NCBI GenBank assembly: GCA_019057795.1
Contig: JAHLWS010000075.1
Span: forward strand, 44,498-108,497
Source: Promethearchaeota archaeon
Lineage (GTDB): Archaea; Asgardarchaeota; Lokiarchaeia; Sigyniarchaeales; SOKP01
Reading direction: 5' to 3'
Length of the DNA: 64,000 bases
In this document: piece by piece, positions 47,706 to 58,328 of the stretch
How the letters are laid out: every line of letters starts with the position of its first letter
Numbering within the stretch: position 1 is the stretch's first letter
Position numbers and translations under genes: made by a program
The notes under the pieces: model-generated
Seen by the model: the letters and a program-made list of their open reading frames with translations, nothing else
Told to the model about the DNA's origin: nothing
Database searches by the model: none

Positions 47706-49958
47706 TTAGGTTTTCTTGTAAATAAATCGATCCCAGCTCGAAGTATTAGGTAGATGATCAGGCATGCCTTTACGCTTTCGAATTTCTAGAATTAAATCTT
47801 CTTCTAGACTTTTAGGTACTTTATCAAAACCATCAAATTCGTATCCAAAGAACGCACGTCCTTGAGTAGAACCTCGTATATCATCAGCTATACCAATCGT
47901 TTCAGCAGCAGGAATCGTACCATGAACTCTAACATATTCCCCCTCTGGAATTACGTTCGTAATTCTGCCTCGTCGCTTGGTTATAATCGAGTTCACTGGT
48001 CCTTCTGATCCATCTGGTGTTTTCACATCAATTCTCTGAATAGGTTCAAAAAGATGAGGATCAGCGTCCAACATTGCTAAGGACATAGCAGAGAAAGCCA
48101 TTCCAGCAATTTGCCCGTAGGAAGTATGTCGTGTGTCCTCGTGGATAGTCATATCTGTAAATACTATTTTAAAACCTGCAGCTGGTTCTTTTGCAAGAAT
48201 GCACTCTCCAAGCCAATCTCTAAAAGCGGCTGTTAAATAAGATTTTACTTTATCAAATCGTTGTAAACCAGATGTGCCGTTCACAAGTAAGCTTCCTTGG
48301 TAAACATCTACTATGCGTCTAGCTTCTTTGGCGTCCCAGCCTGCTTCTTCCCTTAAGACTTTTGCCCTATCTTTCTCATTCATCAAATCAGTGATTTTTC
48401 CGGTATCAATTAATTTCTCGGTTGTTTCGTCTAGAGGCTCTATGTATAACAAGATTCGGTTGTGAGTATTGGCAGATTTCGTATAAAATAGTTTACTTCT
48501 CTTGGTAATTTTTTCTCGGTACACTATAATTGGTTCACCGATTAAAATAGGAACTTGGTTATTGATCCGTTTGGTAAGGATTTCAATTTGAAGCGGATCG
48601 ATTCCACTTAGAATGAACTCTCCAGATTCTTTGTCCCGCCGATACATTGCAGTAGGATCTGCTTGAAGCCACTTACTTACTACCGTATCTAATTTGTCGA
48701 TTTCGTGAGGATCTCGTGGCTTTATACTTCTTGAAACTACGGGTTCGCACGCGTATTGGATTTTTTCAAAAGACGGCAGAAGTTTAGCTTCATTTTTATC
48801 CTTTGGCACATCACTAGCTGACATAAATGTCTCTCCAGAGGGACAAATAAAACCGTATATAGCAAATAAATTTCCTGCAGGAATTTTTGGGATATCTAAT
48901 AGATCTGTAATTTCCATGACACCCAATCTTTTTACTCGATTACTTTTTCTGTTATTTACCAAATAGATAGAGTCCGATAGTCGGAATGTTCCAGAAAAAA
49001 CCCTGCCTATTAAAGTTGGTTGATATCCTCTCCTTGGATCTAAAAATATTTTGGTAATCATACCGTATAAAGGACCGTTCGGATCACTCTTTTGAAGCGA
49101 TTGTCCTAGTTCTGAGTTGAGATCACCGCCCCAAATATGAGGTATCCTATATTTTGCTGCTTCCACAGGATTGGGTAAATGATCAACTACCATTCTTAAC
49201 ATTGGCTCGTCGAGTGGAAGATTATCTCTTAACCACTGAATGTCCCCTTCGGTATATTTTGCGAAAACATCTTGTGGTGTTAAACCTTGTTCTAATAATA
49301 TTTCGTATGTAAAACCCCATCCGTGCTTAGCTGACCCTACAGCAACGCTGTTTTTAGCAAAATCAACGCTCCATTTAGATCCTTCTGGCCTAATCTTTTT
49401 GATTAGCTCATTTACTTGTTTTGAAATTTTATCAATTTTCATAAATGTGTCTTCTGGACTCAACTTAAGCTCGCTAATTAAACGATCTACTTTATTGATA
49501 AAAAGAACTGGTTTGCAATACTCTTCACCAACGGCTAATCGGATGTTTGTTTCAGTTTGAGTCATGACCCCTTCTAAAGCATCGACGAGAATTATAGCAC
49601 CGTCACTCCCTCTAAGAGCACGCGAGACTTCCCCTGTAAAGGATATGTGTCCCGGCGTATCATTGATTTGAAGGATATATGGCTCATCATCATCAGGCTT
49701 TCTATGGTCATTAAATGCGAGTAGAACTACACTTGTAAATATAGTAATACCTCTTGCCTGCTCTTCTTCGTCAGAATCAGTCATCTGAAGTTGCCCGGCA
49801 TCTTCTTCTCGCATTAAACCTGCACGCCTTAACAAGTAATCGGTAGCGGTAGTTTTGCCATGGTCTATATGCGCCACTATGCTAAACAACCGTTTTTTTT
49901 CGTATGAACCGGAAGTTATCAGATGCGCAATCTCATCGGGGTTCTTTACTTTAACCAT
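47706..49958 (-). CDS. Elongation factor 2 homologue, probably the Asgard aEF-2 paralog
   Basis: AHIDHGKTT, EQARGITI, DTPGH, NKVD, LFEPIQ, IRGSTQGRA. The diphthamide loop reads HEDTRHTS, and the gene is not linked to rps7. Confidence 0.9.
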   Translation of the reverse strand: MVKVKNPDEIAHLITSGSYEKKRLFSIVAHIDHGKTTATDYLLRRAGLMREEDAGQLQMTDSDEEEQARGITIFTSVVLLAFNDHRKPDDDEPYILQINDTPGHISFTGEVSRALRGSDGAIILVDALEGVMTQTETNIRLAVGEEYCKPVLFINKVDRLISELKLSPEDTFMKIDKISKQVNELIKKIRPEGSKWSVDFAKNSVAVGSAKHGWGFTYEILLEQGLTPQDVFAKYTEGDIQWLRDNLPLDEPMLRMVVDHLPNPVEAAKYRIPHIWGGDLNSELGQSLQKSDPNGPLYGMITKIFLDPRRGYQPTLIGRVFSGTFRLSDSIYLVNNRKSNRVKRLGVMEITDLLDIPKIPAGNLFAIYGFICPSGETFMSASDVPKDKNEAKLLPSFEKIQYACEPVVSRSIKPRDPHEIDKLDTVVSKWLQADPTAMYRRDKESGEFILSGIDPLQIEILTKRINNQVPILIGEPIIVYREKITKRSKLFYTKSANTHNRILLYIEPLDETTEKLIDTGKITDLMNEKDRAKVLREEAGWDAKEARRIVDVYQGSLLVNGTSGLQRFDKVKSYLTAAFRDWLGECILAKEPAAGFKIVFTDMTIHEDTRHTSYGQIAGMAFSAMSLAMLDADPHLFEPIQRIDVKTPDGSEGPVNSIITKRRGRITNVIPEGEYVRVHGTIPAAETIGIADDIRGSTQGRAFFGYEFDGFDKVPKSLEEDLILEIRKRKGMPDHLPNTSSWDRFIYKKT

Positions 49959-50123
49959 TGTAAATTCACTTTAAACTACTTTAATTTTTATTTGATTCAT
50001 TTTCAATAATTGAGAAGGAAAATACGAGAAAAAATAAAAATTTTATGTATTTAGGCAATAAATTCTCTATTTCAGAACTCCTTGTTTAATTTATTTATTT
50101 CTATTCAATGTCTTCATCGGAGA

Positions 50124-51578
50124 TTAAACGTGTGGAAGAATCATATTTATCAAAGTGTATGTTGCCCTTTTACCTGAAGTACTTTTGACATTGAAGGATT
50201 CTGAAATATTTACAACTCTTAGATTCTCTGGAATTTTATTTTTGACAAAATCCATTAAAAACTTAAGAAATTCTGTGTAATCTCTTTCAGATTCTATCCA
50301 TAAGAATTCGTCCCTTTCAAAAAAGTTTGGATTTTTTTTTCTAAACTTAATAGCATGATTTTTCTCTTTAATTGGAGGTCCTCTTCGTTCGTAATTTTTT
50401 GTTATATTAGGTTTTTCACAAAATATGGCTATATTATATTCCTCAAGACCATCTTCAAAGTAGACTTCAAATTCTATTTTGCCAAATCGTTCCGCGTGAG
50501 AGAATTCTTTTTCTCCGTTTGCCTTAATGTTTTCACCGATTGCGTATAATTTATCTCTATTAATGGTATAATGTATCTCGTTATTTTCGTTTTTTAATTC
50601 AACGATAAAGATTTTAGCTAAGAGAGAATTGTCAATCTTAGAAATCTCAACTTCAGGTATCTTATTAATTTTAAAAAAACTTTTGTTCGGGTTATTCATA
50701 AAATCCATTATTCTCTGATTACAATACTTAAATGCTTTTTCTGAAATTGCGGAAGCAACATTTCGATTCTTATCTATAGGATCCGTAATGATGATGTAAT
50801 CGTTTTGGAAATGTTGAATCTTTCCCAACTCTTTCAAAGTTCTATTGTAATAATCGTTAGGTTTTTCTTTAAGGAATTTGAAATTGTTAAATAGGTTTTG
50901 TAGGGTGTCGTAATAATATATTAGTAACTCTGCACTATACCCAATGAATCCAACTTTTCCTACAGCACTTTTGTCGCCATAACTGTGATTAGCTTTAAAA
51001 AATTGCTTTAACAACCTAACATCGTTTTTCTGCTCTGGTGATAATTCCTTTTTTATAAAACGACCGTGCCACGGTGATCTATCAACTGCGGTTATAGGTC
51101 CAAATTTTTTTATATATTCTAATTTTAAATCAAAATAGAGAACAATATCGATCTTAATTTTGATATTATTAATGAAATAATCTACAGTAATGTATGGATG
51201 TTCGGCATATAATAGTCGAGGATTATGAAATTCTTTTAGAATTAATGATTTTTTTATCCAATTATTACACAAATAAAGAAAATCTTTCTTGGACTCTTTT
51301 TTTAACTTATTTTTGCTTAAGCCAGCATATTTTGGGCTATACAGTTCATAATCTAACCCAACAAAGAGATCAATGTCAAAGTCATTTTTTAATTGCGTTT
51401 GTTTGATTCCAGTAGAGCCTTGAGGTTCGATTTTTGTATATTTAAGATTTAACTGCTGAGCTTTTTCATCTAATAATTTCCTGAGTTTTTTAACAATTTC
51501 GTTGATAAGAGTGAGTTCTTCTTGGGTTGGAGTAATATCTTTTAAAATATTTTCAAAAATATCATTTATTAAAGTCAT
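50124..51578 (-). CDS. cca: Archaeal class I CCA-adding enzyme
   Basis: QGS....T.L..D.DIDLFV, YAEHPY, TAVDRSP.H, VRLLKQF, GF.GYSAELL, DP.D.NRNVASA. Confidence 0.93.
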   Translation of the reverse strand: MTLINDIFENILKDITPTQEELTLINEIVKKLRKLLDEKAQQLNLKYTKIEPQGSTGIKQTQLKNDFDIDLFVGLDYELYSPKYAGLSKNKLKKESKKDFLYLCNNWIKKSLILKEFHNPRLLYAEHPYITVDYFINNIKIKIDIVLYFDLKLEYIKKFGPITAVDRSPWHGRFIKKELSPEQKNDVRLLKQFFKANHSYGDKSAVGKVGFIGYSAELLIYYYDTLQNLFNNFKFLKEKPNDYYNRTLKELGKIQHFQNDYIIITDPIDKNRNVASAISEKAFKYCNQRIMDFMNNPNKSFFKINKIPEVEISKIDNSLLAKIFIVELKNENNEIHYTINRDKLYAIGENIKANGEKEFSHAERFGKIEFEVYFEDGLEEYNIAIFCEKPNITKNYERRGPPIKEKNHAIKFRKKNPNFFERDEFLWIESERDYTEFLKFLMDFVKNKIPENLRVVNISESFNVKSTSGKRATYTLINMILPHV

Positions 51579-51672
51579 ACATAAGAGTCTAAAGCGATTG
51601 ATTAAAGTTTAAATTGTTGTTATAATATAAAGGAATTTAAAATTTATCCTTTTGGAATTTAAAACACCATAA

Positions 51673-52314
51673 TTATTTCTTCTTAATTGGGCACCTTATC
51701 ATACTCCAATGGTAAGTATTTGTTCTGGGAGTTAAAACTTTATGTAAATTTCGAAAGCCAAAACGTTTATATAATTTAACATTTCTTTTTGAATTCGTCT
51801 CAAGATATATTATTTTATGGTCTTTCGCAATTTGATTTATCATGAAACTTAACATTCTTCTTCCAATTCCCTTACTTTGATGTTTCGGGTCAATACCAAT
51901 AGTGGATAAATACCAATGCGGAATTGGGACCAATTTTTTATGTAAATCCTCACAAAAATCATCATTTTTTCTTAGAATATGTAAATTTTTCCACTTAATT
52001 TTAAATATAAGGGAAAGTGAACCGCTCTTTATTGATTTCCATATTGAAATTAATGCATTTTTAGGTGGATACCATAACGAAATTCCTTTCAGATTTGAAG
52101 CTGATAAAACTACGCCATGTTTCAAACAGTATTTAATCTGGAATTTAAAAATTTTGAATAAAGTCTTGTGTCTTTCCTTTCCATTGGGGATTAGTTTAGA
52201 AAAAACAGGATCTTCTTGAAAGGCATTGCTTAAAACCTCGCTAGCTAATTTTAGCTGGTCATTAGATAATGAGGTTAATTTTTGAATTTCGGACATATTT
52301 ACATTCCCCACCAA
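51673..52314 (-). CDS. GNAT family N-acetyltransferase
   Basis: AFQEDP, HWYLSTIGIDP.HQ.KGIG, YLET....NV.LY.RFGF. Start probably the ATG at 52296. Confidence 0.9.
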   Translation of the reverse strand: MVGNVNMSEIQKLTSLSNDQLKLASEVLSNAFQEDPVFSKLIPNGKERHKTLFKIFKFQIKYCLKHGVVLSASNLKGISLWYPPKNALISIWKSIKSGSLSLIFKIKWKNLHILRKNDDFCEDLHKKLVPIPHWYLSTIGIDPKHQSKGIGRRMLSFMINQIAKDHKIIYLETNSKRNVKLYKRFGFRNLHKVLTPRTNTYHWSMIRCPIKKK

Positions 52315-54113
52315 GGATGTTGGAGTTTACGTTGTATTATAATATATTCTCGTAAAGCTTGCTTTTGATCTACCGTTAATTCATCGAGAAACTTTCCCAT
52401 TAATTGCCTTACATGAGATTCGGGTACATTAACATATAAAGTTTCGTCTTTTTCTATATCTCTTCCTATTTCTATGCCACGAATAGAAATAGCAACTTCG
52501 GTTTCTTTTCCAGCTTTCTCTACTGTCTTTCCTTTATCTTGAATTTGGTGAACTCTTCTAGCTTTTACTCCTTTAGCAGTAATTAAAGGAACTTTCGGGT
52601 ATAAAGTTCCTGCTTCTATAAGTACGCCAAAAACTGCGGGATCTGAGTTTCTAAATATAAAATCGGGAATCATCTGTAGCTTTGCTGGTAAAACTAATTC
52701 GCTTAATCCTTTTGCGGTATCCTCAGCTTTTCTTATTTCTGCATACTCAATATAATCTTCAAGTAAGCGATATATAACGTTATTTGTAAAAATTCTAACG
52801 TTATCTGTTATTGCTTGTTCCTTAGCTTCGGGCAAGATAGCCACGTTAAAACCTAGAACAACTGCTGAATATGGATCAAGAGTTTTAACTAAATTTGCAT
52901 TCATAATATCCTCTTTCTTAATTGAACCGACGTCAGCAATACATATTTTCACACCATTTTTTGTAAAATGATTTTCTAAAGCTTCCAGTGATCCTAAAGT
53001 GTCAGCTTTCAAGACAACGCCCGCTTTATCTGTTTTTATCCGTATACTCTGAACTTCTTCCAATATCTCATTATATATCGTTTCTTCCTCAGAAGGTGTT
53101 CCAATGGTTCTAAATGGCGAACCCGCAACGACATCGTCTATATTGGGGGCTAAAATCTTAATTCCTGATGCGGCACTTACAAATTCTTCAAAATCAAATT
53201 TTTGTCGCGGGTCTCTTATTTCATCCAAAGGTTTGGGTCTTAATAACGCACGAACCTTAGATTTAATAGGTTTTTCTAAACCACCAACAATAAATTCGTC
53301 CCCTCTGTTAATGATGCCATCGTAAATTAATACATCCATAGTAACGCCTTGTCCTTTTTCTTTCTTTACTTCTAAAACAACGCCTTTAGCTGGACCTTCC
53401 GAGAACTTCAAGTTTTCCGTTAAAAATTGCTGTACTAAACCCATTAAAACCATTAATAGGGTAGATATTCCTTCTCCGGTTTTAGCACTTGTAGGCACGA
53501 TAGCTATTTTTTTAGTAAAATCTTTTATTTTATCATATCGATCAATTCCTTTGAAGCCTTCTTGTAAGAAATCTACGCCAATTTGTATTAATTTTTCGTC
53601 AAGAAAATCTTTTACCTGGGGTCTTTGCTTATTGTATGAATCTAAAAAGTCTGCGTCTTTAGTAGATTTCCACCCAGAAATCCTATCGAGTTTATTAGCT
53701 GCAATAACAAAGGGCACTTTCCGCTCTCTTAAAATTCTAACTGATTCCCACGTAATTGGCATGTTTCCAGCGGTCACATCAATTACTAAAATCGCAATAT
53801 CCGCAATGGCTCCACCTCTTTTCCTAAGATTCATAAACGCGGCGTGACCCGGAGTGTCGATAACTAGGATTCCAGGTAATTGAATTTCTTTTTCAGCAAA
53901 TTCTTGTTTTGATTTCCTTAAAAATTCTCTAATATCATCTGTTGGAAAATAAGACGCTCCTATATGTTGCGTAATTCCAGCGGCTTCTCTTTGTTGTACT
54001 ACCGTCCCCCGAATGTAATCAAGAATTGAGGTTTTTCCGTGGTCTATATGGCCTAATATACAAACTATTGGAGCGCGAATAGTCTTGGATTCTGATTCAG
54101 CGTTCATTTGCAA
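52299..54113 (-). CDS. infB: Translation initiation factor aIF5B (IF-2)
   Basis: R.PIV.ILGHIDHGKT, EAAGITQHIGA, IDTPGH.AF.NLR.RGG, KADTLGSLEAL. Confidence 0.97.
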   Translation of the reverse strand: MQMNAESESKTIRAPIVCILGHIDHGKTSILDYIRGTVVQQREAAGITQHIGASYFPTDDIREFLRKSKQEFAEKEIQLPGILVIDTPGHAAFMNLRKRGGAIADIAILVIDVTAGNMPITWESVRILRERKVPFVIAANKLDRISGWKSTKDADFLDSYNKQRPQVKDFLDEKLIQIGVDFLQEGFKGIDRYDKIKDFTKKIAIVPTSAKTGEGISTLLMVLMGLVQQFLTENLKFSEGPAKGVVLEVKKEKGQGVTMDVLIYDGIINRGDEFIVGGLEKPIKSKVRALLRPKPLDEIRDPRQKFDFEEFVSAASGIKILAPNIDDVVAGSPFRTIGTPSEEETIYNEILEEVQSIRIKTDKAGVVLKADTLGSLEALENHFTKNGVKICIADVGSIKKEDIMNANLVKTLDPYSAVVLGFNVAILPEAKEQAITDNVRIFTNNVIYRLLEDYIEYAEIRKAEDTAKGLSELVLPAKLQMIPDFIFRNSDPAVFGVLIEAGTLYPKVPLITAKGVKARRVHQIQDKGKTVEKAGKETEVAISIRGIEIGRDIEKDETLYVNVPESHVRQLMGKFLDELTVDQKQALREYIIIQRKLQHPWWGM

Positions 54114-54221
54114 TCACTTCTTGAAAAAATTAATTAAATGCATTAATAATTAAAAAAAGTATCAATCGATTTAGAATTTATTGAATGAATAGTAAAAAAC
54201 TTTAGTTTAAGAATAGTGATC

Positions 54222-57092
54222 TCAGCTGTGATTTAAATATCTTTTGAGATATTTTGCTGTATAAGACATTTTATTATCGATAATCTCTTCTGGCGTTCCT
54301 TTTACGACTAATTCTCCGCCTTTTTCTCCACCCTCAGGTCCAAGATCAATCAAATAATCTACAGATTTTATTATTTCCATGTTATGTTCTATAATTACTA
54401 CTGTATTACCGTTATCTACTAATTTATGAAGTACTTTCAATAAAAATTGAATGTCATACATGTGAAGGCCGGTTGTTGGTTCGTCAAGAATATATAAGGT
54501 ATTTCCAGTGCTAAACTTCCTCAATTCTCTTGCTATTTTTATCCGCTGAGACTCTCCCCCGCTTAGAGTTGTTGAGGATTGCCCTAGCTCTAGATACCCT
54601 AAACCTACATCAACTACAGTTTTTAAGGTTCGCTTTAAATTTGGAATGCTATCGAAAAATTCGAGAGCTTGATGAAATGTCATTTTAAGTACATCTGAAA
54701 TCGTTTTTCCCTTAAATTTAATTTCTAAGGTTTCAGCGTTGTATCTCTTACCATTGCACAAATCGCATCTGATGTAAACATCTGGAAGAAAATACATCTC
54801 TTTAAGGATGAATCCTGTTCCTTTACATTTTTTACAGTGCCCTTCTTTAGTATTGAAGCTGAATCTTCCTTTCTTATAACCCCTCTCTCTTGATTCTTCA
54901 AGTCTAGCAAAAATATCTCTTATATAATCTAATGCCTTAGTATAAGTAGCTGGGACCGACCGAGGAGTTTTTCCAATTGGAGATTGATCTATGTTAATTA
55001 TTTTATCAATCTTTTCGTGACCTTTTATTTCGTCAAAATCGCCTGTGCTTAAACGCGAACTGCGAGTATTTATAATGTTATGTAGTCCCTTGTATAAACA
55101 ATCGATCATCAAACTTGTTTTTCCTGCTCCCGAAACGCCTGTAATACAAGTAAATAATCCCAAAGGAATCTTGATATTAATATTTTTTAGGTTATTTTCT
55201 CGCGCACCTTTAATTTCAATAAATTCGTCGTTAATGGTTCGTCTTTTTTTAGGGACTTCAATCTTTTTTTTCCCTGATAGATATTCACCAGTTAAGGTTT
55301 TTGATTCTAAAATTACTTCAATAGGTCCTTCAGCAACGATTTCTCCCCCGTTCTCGCCTGCTAAAGGCCCGAGGTCTATAATATGATCGGCGTTACGCAT
55401 AATTTCATCGTCGTGTTCTACAACGATTACAGTATTCCCTAAATCTCTTAATTTTTTTAACATCTGTATCAATTGGGAAATATCTCGTTGGTGTAAACCT
55501 ACAGAAGGTTCATCTAACACATACAACACACCAACTAGACGTGAACCTAATTGAGTTGCCAACCTAATTCTTTCAGCTTCTCCTACAGAGAGCGTGTGTG
55601 ATCTTCGGCTTAAAGTTATGTAATCCAATCCAACATTTTCTAAGAAAGATAATCGATCTAAAATTTCCTTTAATACATCCTTTACGATCTTTTTTTGAAG
55701 CTCGTTCAACTTTAATTTTTTAAAATAAATCAATGAGTCTTTGACAGATAAATCGGATAATTCAGCAATATTAAGATTATCTATGATGATTGATAGACTT
55801 TCTGGTCTTAGTCTTTGACCCTTACACTGTGGACAGTCAATTCGATTCATAAAACTTTCGTAAATATCTCGAGCCCATTCTGAACGTGTTTCCATATATC
55901 TTCGATGCAGCATAGGAATTAGCCCTTCGAAAGGTCTAGCAACATGATACGATGATTTTATTTCATTTTTTTGATTTCCTAAACCATTGTTTTCGCTTTC
56001 GAAATGGAATTCTATTACTTCATCTTCCGTTCCAAATAATATCTTATGCAACTTTTTTGGATCGATATTCTTTATCGCTGTTTTATCGGTATCAAACTTG
56101 TAATGTTCAGCAACTTGTCTAACGGATTGCCAAAAATATCCCGTTAAAGTACCAAAACCAGGTATGTTTCTAATCGGAGTTTCTTGAAGTGGAACATCAG
56201 AATCTTTTCCTAATACCAATTCGTAATCGAATTCCATTACAGTTCCTAATCCACTACAATATTTGCAACTACCGTGTGGTATGTTAAATGAGAACATTTT
56301 ATGGTTAATAGGTGGAAAAGAAATGCTACAATCAATGCACGCTAAATGTTCAGAATATGTCTGCTCTTCATTGTCAAGAACTTCTACAACAACGATTCCA
56401 TCCGTTAGATTTAAAGCGTTTTCGATTGAATCTGCTAATCTGGTTTTTATATCATTTTTCATTACTAATCTATCAATAATTACATTAATATGATGTTTTA
56501 CATTCTTGTCCATAGGGATTTCTTCGTCTAAAGTATATTGAATCCCATCTACTTCAACCCGGACGTATCCTTGTTTTTTGAGATCTTTAAGAAGGTCCTT
56601 ATATTCACCCTTTCGATCTCGAATAACGGGTGCTTTAACGATAAATTTCTGATTCTCTTCTATAGAATCTAATATTTGTTGAATAATTTGTTGAGGTGTT
56701 TGCGGTCTGATTTCTTTGCCACAATTAGGACAGTGAGGAATCCCAATATTGGCAAATAATAGTCTGTAATAATCATAAATCTCTGTGACCGTCCCTACCG
56801 TACTTCGAGGATTCTTTGACAAGGGTTTTTGTTCTATAGCTATAGCAGGAGATAATCCTTCTATTGAATCTACATCTGGCTTATCCATTTCACCAAGAAA
56901 TTGTCTGGCATAGCTTGATAAAGATTCTAAAAATCTTCGTTGACCCTCTGCATATAATGTATTTATGACTAGTGACGATTTTCCGCTCCCACTAATGCCA
57001 GTAACAACCGTAAGCTTATTTCGAGGTATTTTTACATCAATATCTTTTAAATTGTTTTCTCGGGCTCCCTTAACTACAATGAATTCATTCAT
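54222..57092 (-). CDS. uvrA: Excinuclease ABC subunit A
   Basis: GARENNLK (twice), TG.SGSGKSSL, AEGQRR..ESLS.YARQF, NPRSTVGTVTEI, LDEPSVGLH, LSGGESQR, LDEPTTGLH. Confidence 0.98.
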   Translation of the reverse strand: MNEFIVVKGARENNLKDIDVKIPRNKLTVVTGISGSGKSSLVINTLYAEGQRRFLESLSSYARQFLGEMDKPDVDSIEGLSPAIAIEQKPLSKNPRSTVGTVTEIYDYYRLLFANIGIPHCPNCGKEIRPQTPQQIIQQILDSIEENQKFIVKAPVIRDRKGEYKDLLKDLKKQGYVRVEVDGIQYTLDEEIPMDKNVKHHINVIIDRLVMKNDIKTRLADSIENALNLTDGIVVVEVLDNEEQTYSEHLACIDCSISFPPINHKMFSFNIPHGSCKYCSGLGTVMEFDYELVLGKDSDVPLQETPIRNIPGFGTLTGYFWQSVRQVAEHYKFDTDKTAIKNIDPKKLHKILFGTEDEVIEFHFESENNGLGNQKNEIKSSYHVARPFEGLIPMLHRRYMETRSEWARDIYESFMNRIDCPQCKGQRLRPESLSIIIDNLNIAELSDLSVKDSLIYFKKLKLNELQKKIVKDVLKEILDRLSFLENVGLDYITLSRRSHTLSVGEAERIRLATQLGSRLVGVLYVLDEPSVGLHQRDISQLIQMLKKLRDLGNTVIVVEHDDEIMRNADHIIDLGPLAGENGGEIVAEGPIEVILESKTLTGEYLSGKKKIEVPKKRRTINDEFIEIKGARENNLKNINIKIPLGLFTCITGVSGAGKTSLMIDCLYKGLHNIINTRSSRLSTGDFDEIKGHEKIDKIINIDQSPIGKTPRSVPATYTKALDYIRDIFARLEESRERGYKKGRFSFNTKEGHCKKCKGTGFILKEMYFLPDVYIRCDLCNGKRYNAETLEIKFKGKTISDVLKMTFHQALEFFDSIPNLKRTLKTVVDVGLGYLELGQSSTTLSGGESQRIKIARELRKFSTGNTLYILDEPTTGLHMYDIQFLLKVLHKLVDNGNTVVIIEHNMEIIKSVDYLIDLGPEGGEKGGELVVKGTPEEIIDNKMSYTAKYLKRYLNHS

Positions 57093-57366
57093 ATTCTACA
57101 TTTTTATTTAATGTTTCAAATCAAAAAAGTTTTCCTACAATACTTCGAGAGCGTATACTTGTATAAACAAATAAAAAAAATATATAGAATATGGGTAATT
57201 GATTTTTGAATTATTCAATAAAATCGTTTTTGTCGTCGTCATTAACATAATTTTGAAGAAAAAACACAACTTTTTTGACAGAACTTAGTGAATGATTATT
57301 CAATTTACCACTACATTTTGAACTAAAATAAATATATATAAATATTTGTAGTGATAATATTTAATT

Positions 57367-58293
57367 ATGGCAACAGTAATCAAACATAATATCAATGGAA
57401 TAGAATATAATTATCTATCATATTCTTATCGGAAAGATGGTAAAGTATTAAAGAAAGAGAGATATATAGGTAGAGATATACCTCCTTATGATGATATGAC
57501 TCAAATCTGGGAGGAACTCTCACATGAGATAGTAGAAGAGAGATGGATACCGCAAATTGAAGAAATAAAAATAAATTATCAAAATGATCTCAATCGAATG
57601 CCTTTACCAATTAAAGCTAAGAATTTGAGGAGTTTTGGTATTCGATTTACACATCATTCCAATAAAATTGAAGGATCAACATTGACTCTCCGAGAAGTAG
57701 AGAAAGTAGTAAATGAGGATGTAACACCAAGTAACAGATCGCTAACTGATATTCTTGAAACTAAAGCACATATGAATATTTATGAAAAGATGATAAATAC
57801 AAACGAGAAAATATCAATGGATTTAATATGTAAATGGCATAAAGAACTGTTTCAAACAACAGATCATAACAGTGCGGGAATAATTAGAAACTACACCGTA
57901 TATATTGGAGGAAGTCATTATGAACCACCAATGACCAAAATTGAGATAGAGATGCTCTTAGATGTCCTTTTTAGTTGGTATCACCAAAAGAAGACAATTC
58001 TCCATCCTGTATTTCTAGCTGCCGTTATGCATTATAATTTTGTAGCAATTCATCCATTTGGAGATGGAAACGGTCGCATGGCTCGTTTATTAACAAATTA
58101 TATATTACATAAAAATAACTATCCTATGTTTGATGTAGATGCTCGTATTAGGGATCGATATTATAAAGCATTAGAACGATCAGACCAAAAGGATTATGCC
58201 TTACCCTTTATCCAATGGTTTTTTAAATATTATATTATTAATAATAAGAAATACTTATCTAACATTATCTCTGCAATTTCTATTCAATCCTAA
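57367..58293 (+). CDS. Fic-domain protein
   Basis: SNKIEGSTLT and the canonical HPFGDGNGRMAR motif. Confidence 0.93.
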   Translation: MATVIKHNINGIEYNYLSYSYRKDGKVLKKERYIGRDIPPYDDMTQIWEELSHEIVEERWIPQIEEIKINYQNDLNRMPLPIKAKNLRSFGIRFTHHSNKIEGSTLTLREVEKVVNEDVTPSNRSLTDILETKAHMNIYEKMINTNEKISMDLICKWHKELFQTTDHNSAGIIRNYTVYIGGSHYEPPMTKIEIEMLLDVLFSWYHQKKTILHPVFLAAVMHYNFVAIHPFGDGNGRMARLLTNYILHKNNYPMFDVDARIRDRYYKALERSDQKDYALPFIQWFFKYYIINNKKYLSNIISAISIQS

Positions 58294-58328
58294 ATTTATT
58301 GGCTCTAAATAGAATCCATTGCCAAAGT

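Noticed and set aside
55560-55600. UvrA first ABC signature LSVGEAER instead of LSGGEAQR
   Set aside because: An isolated substitution in an otherwise intact gene, not enough to claim altered function.
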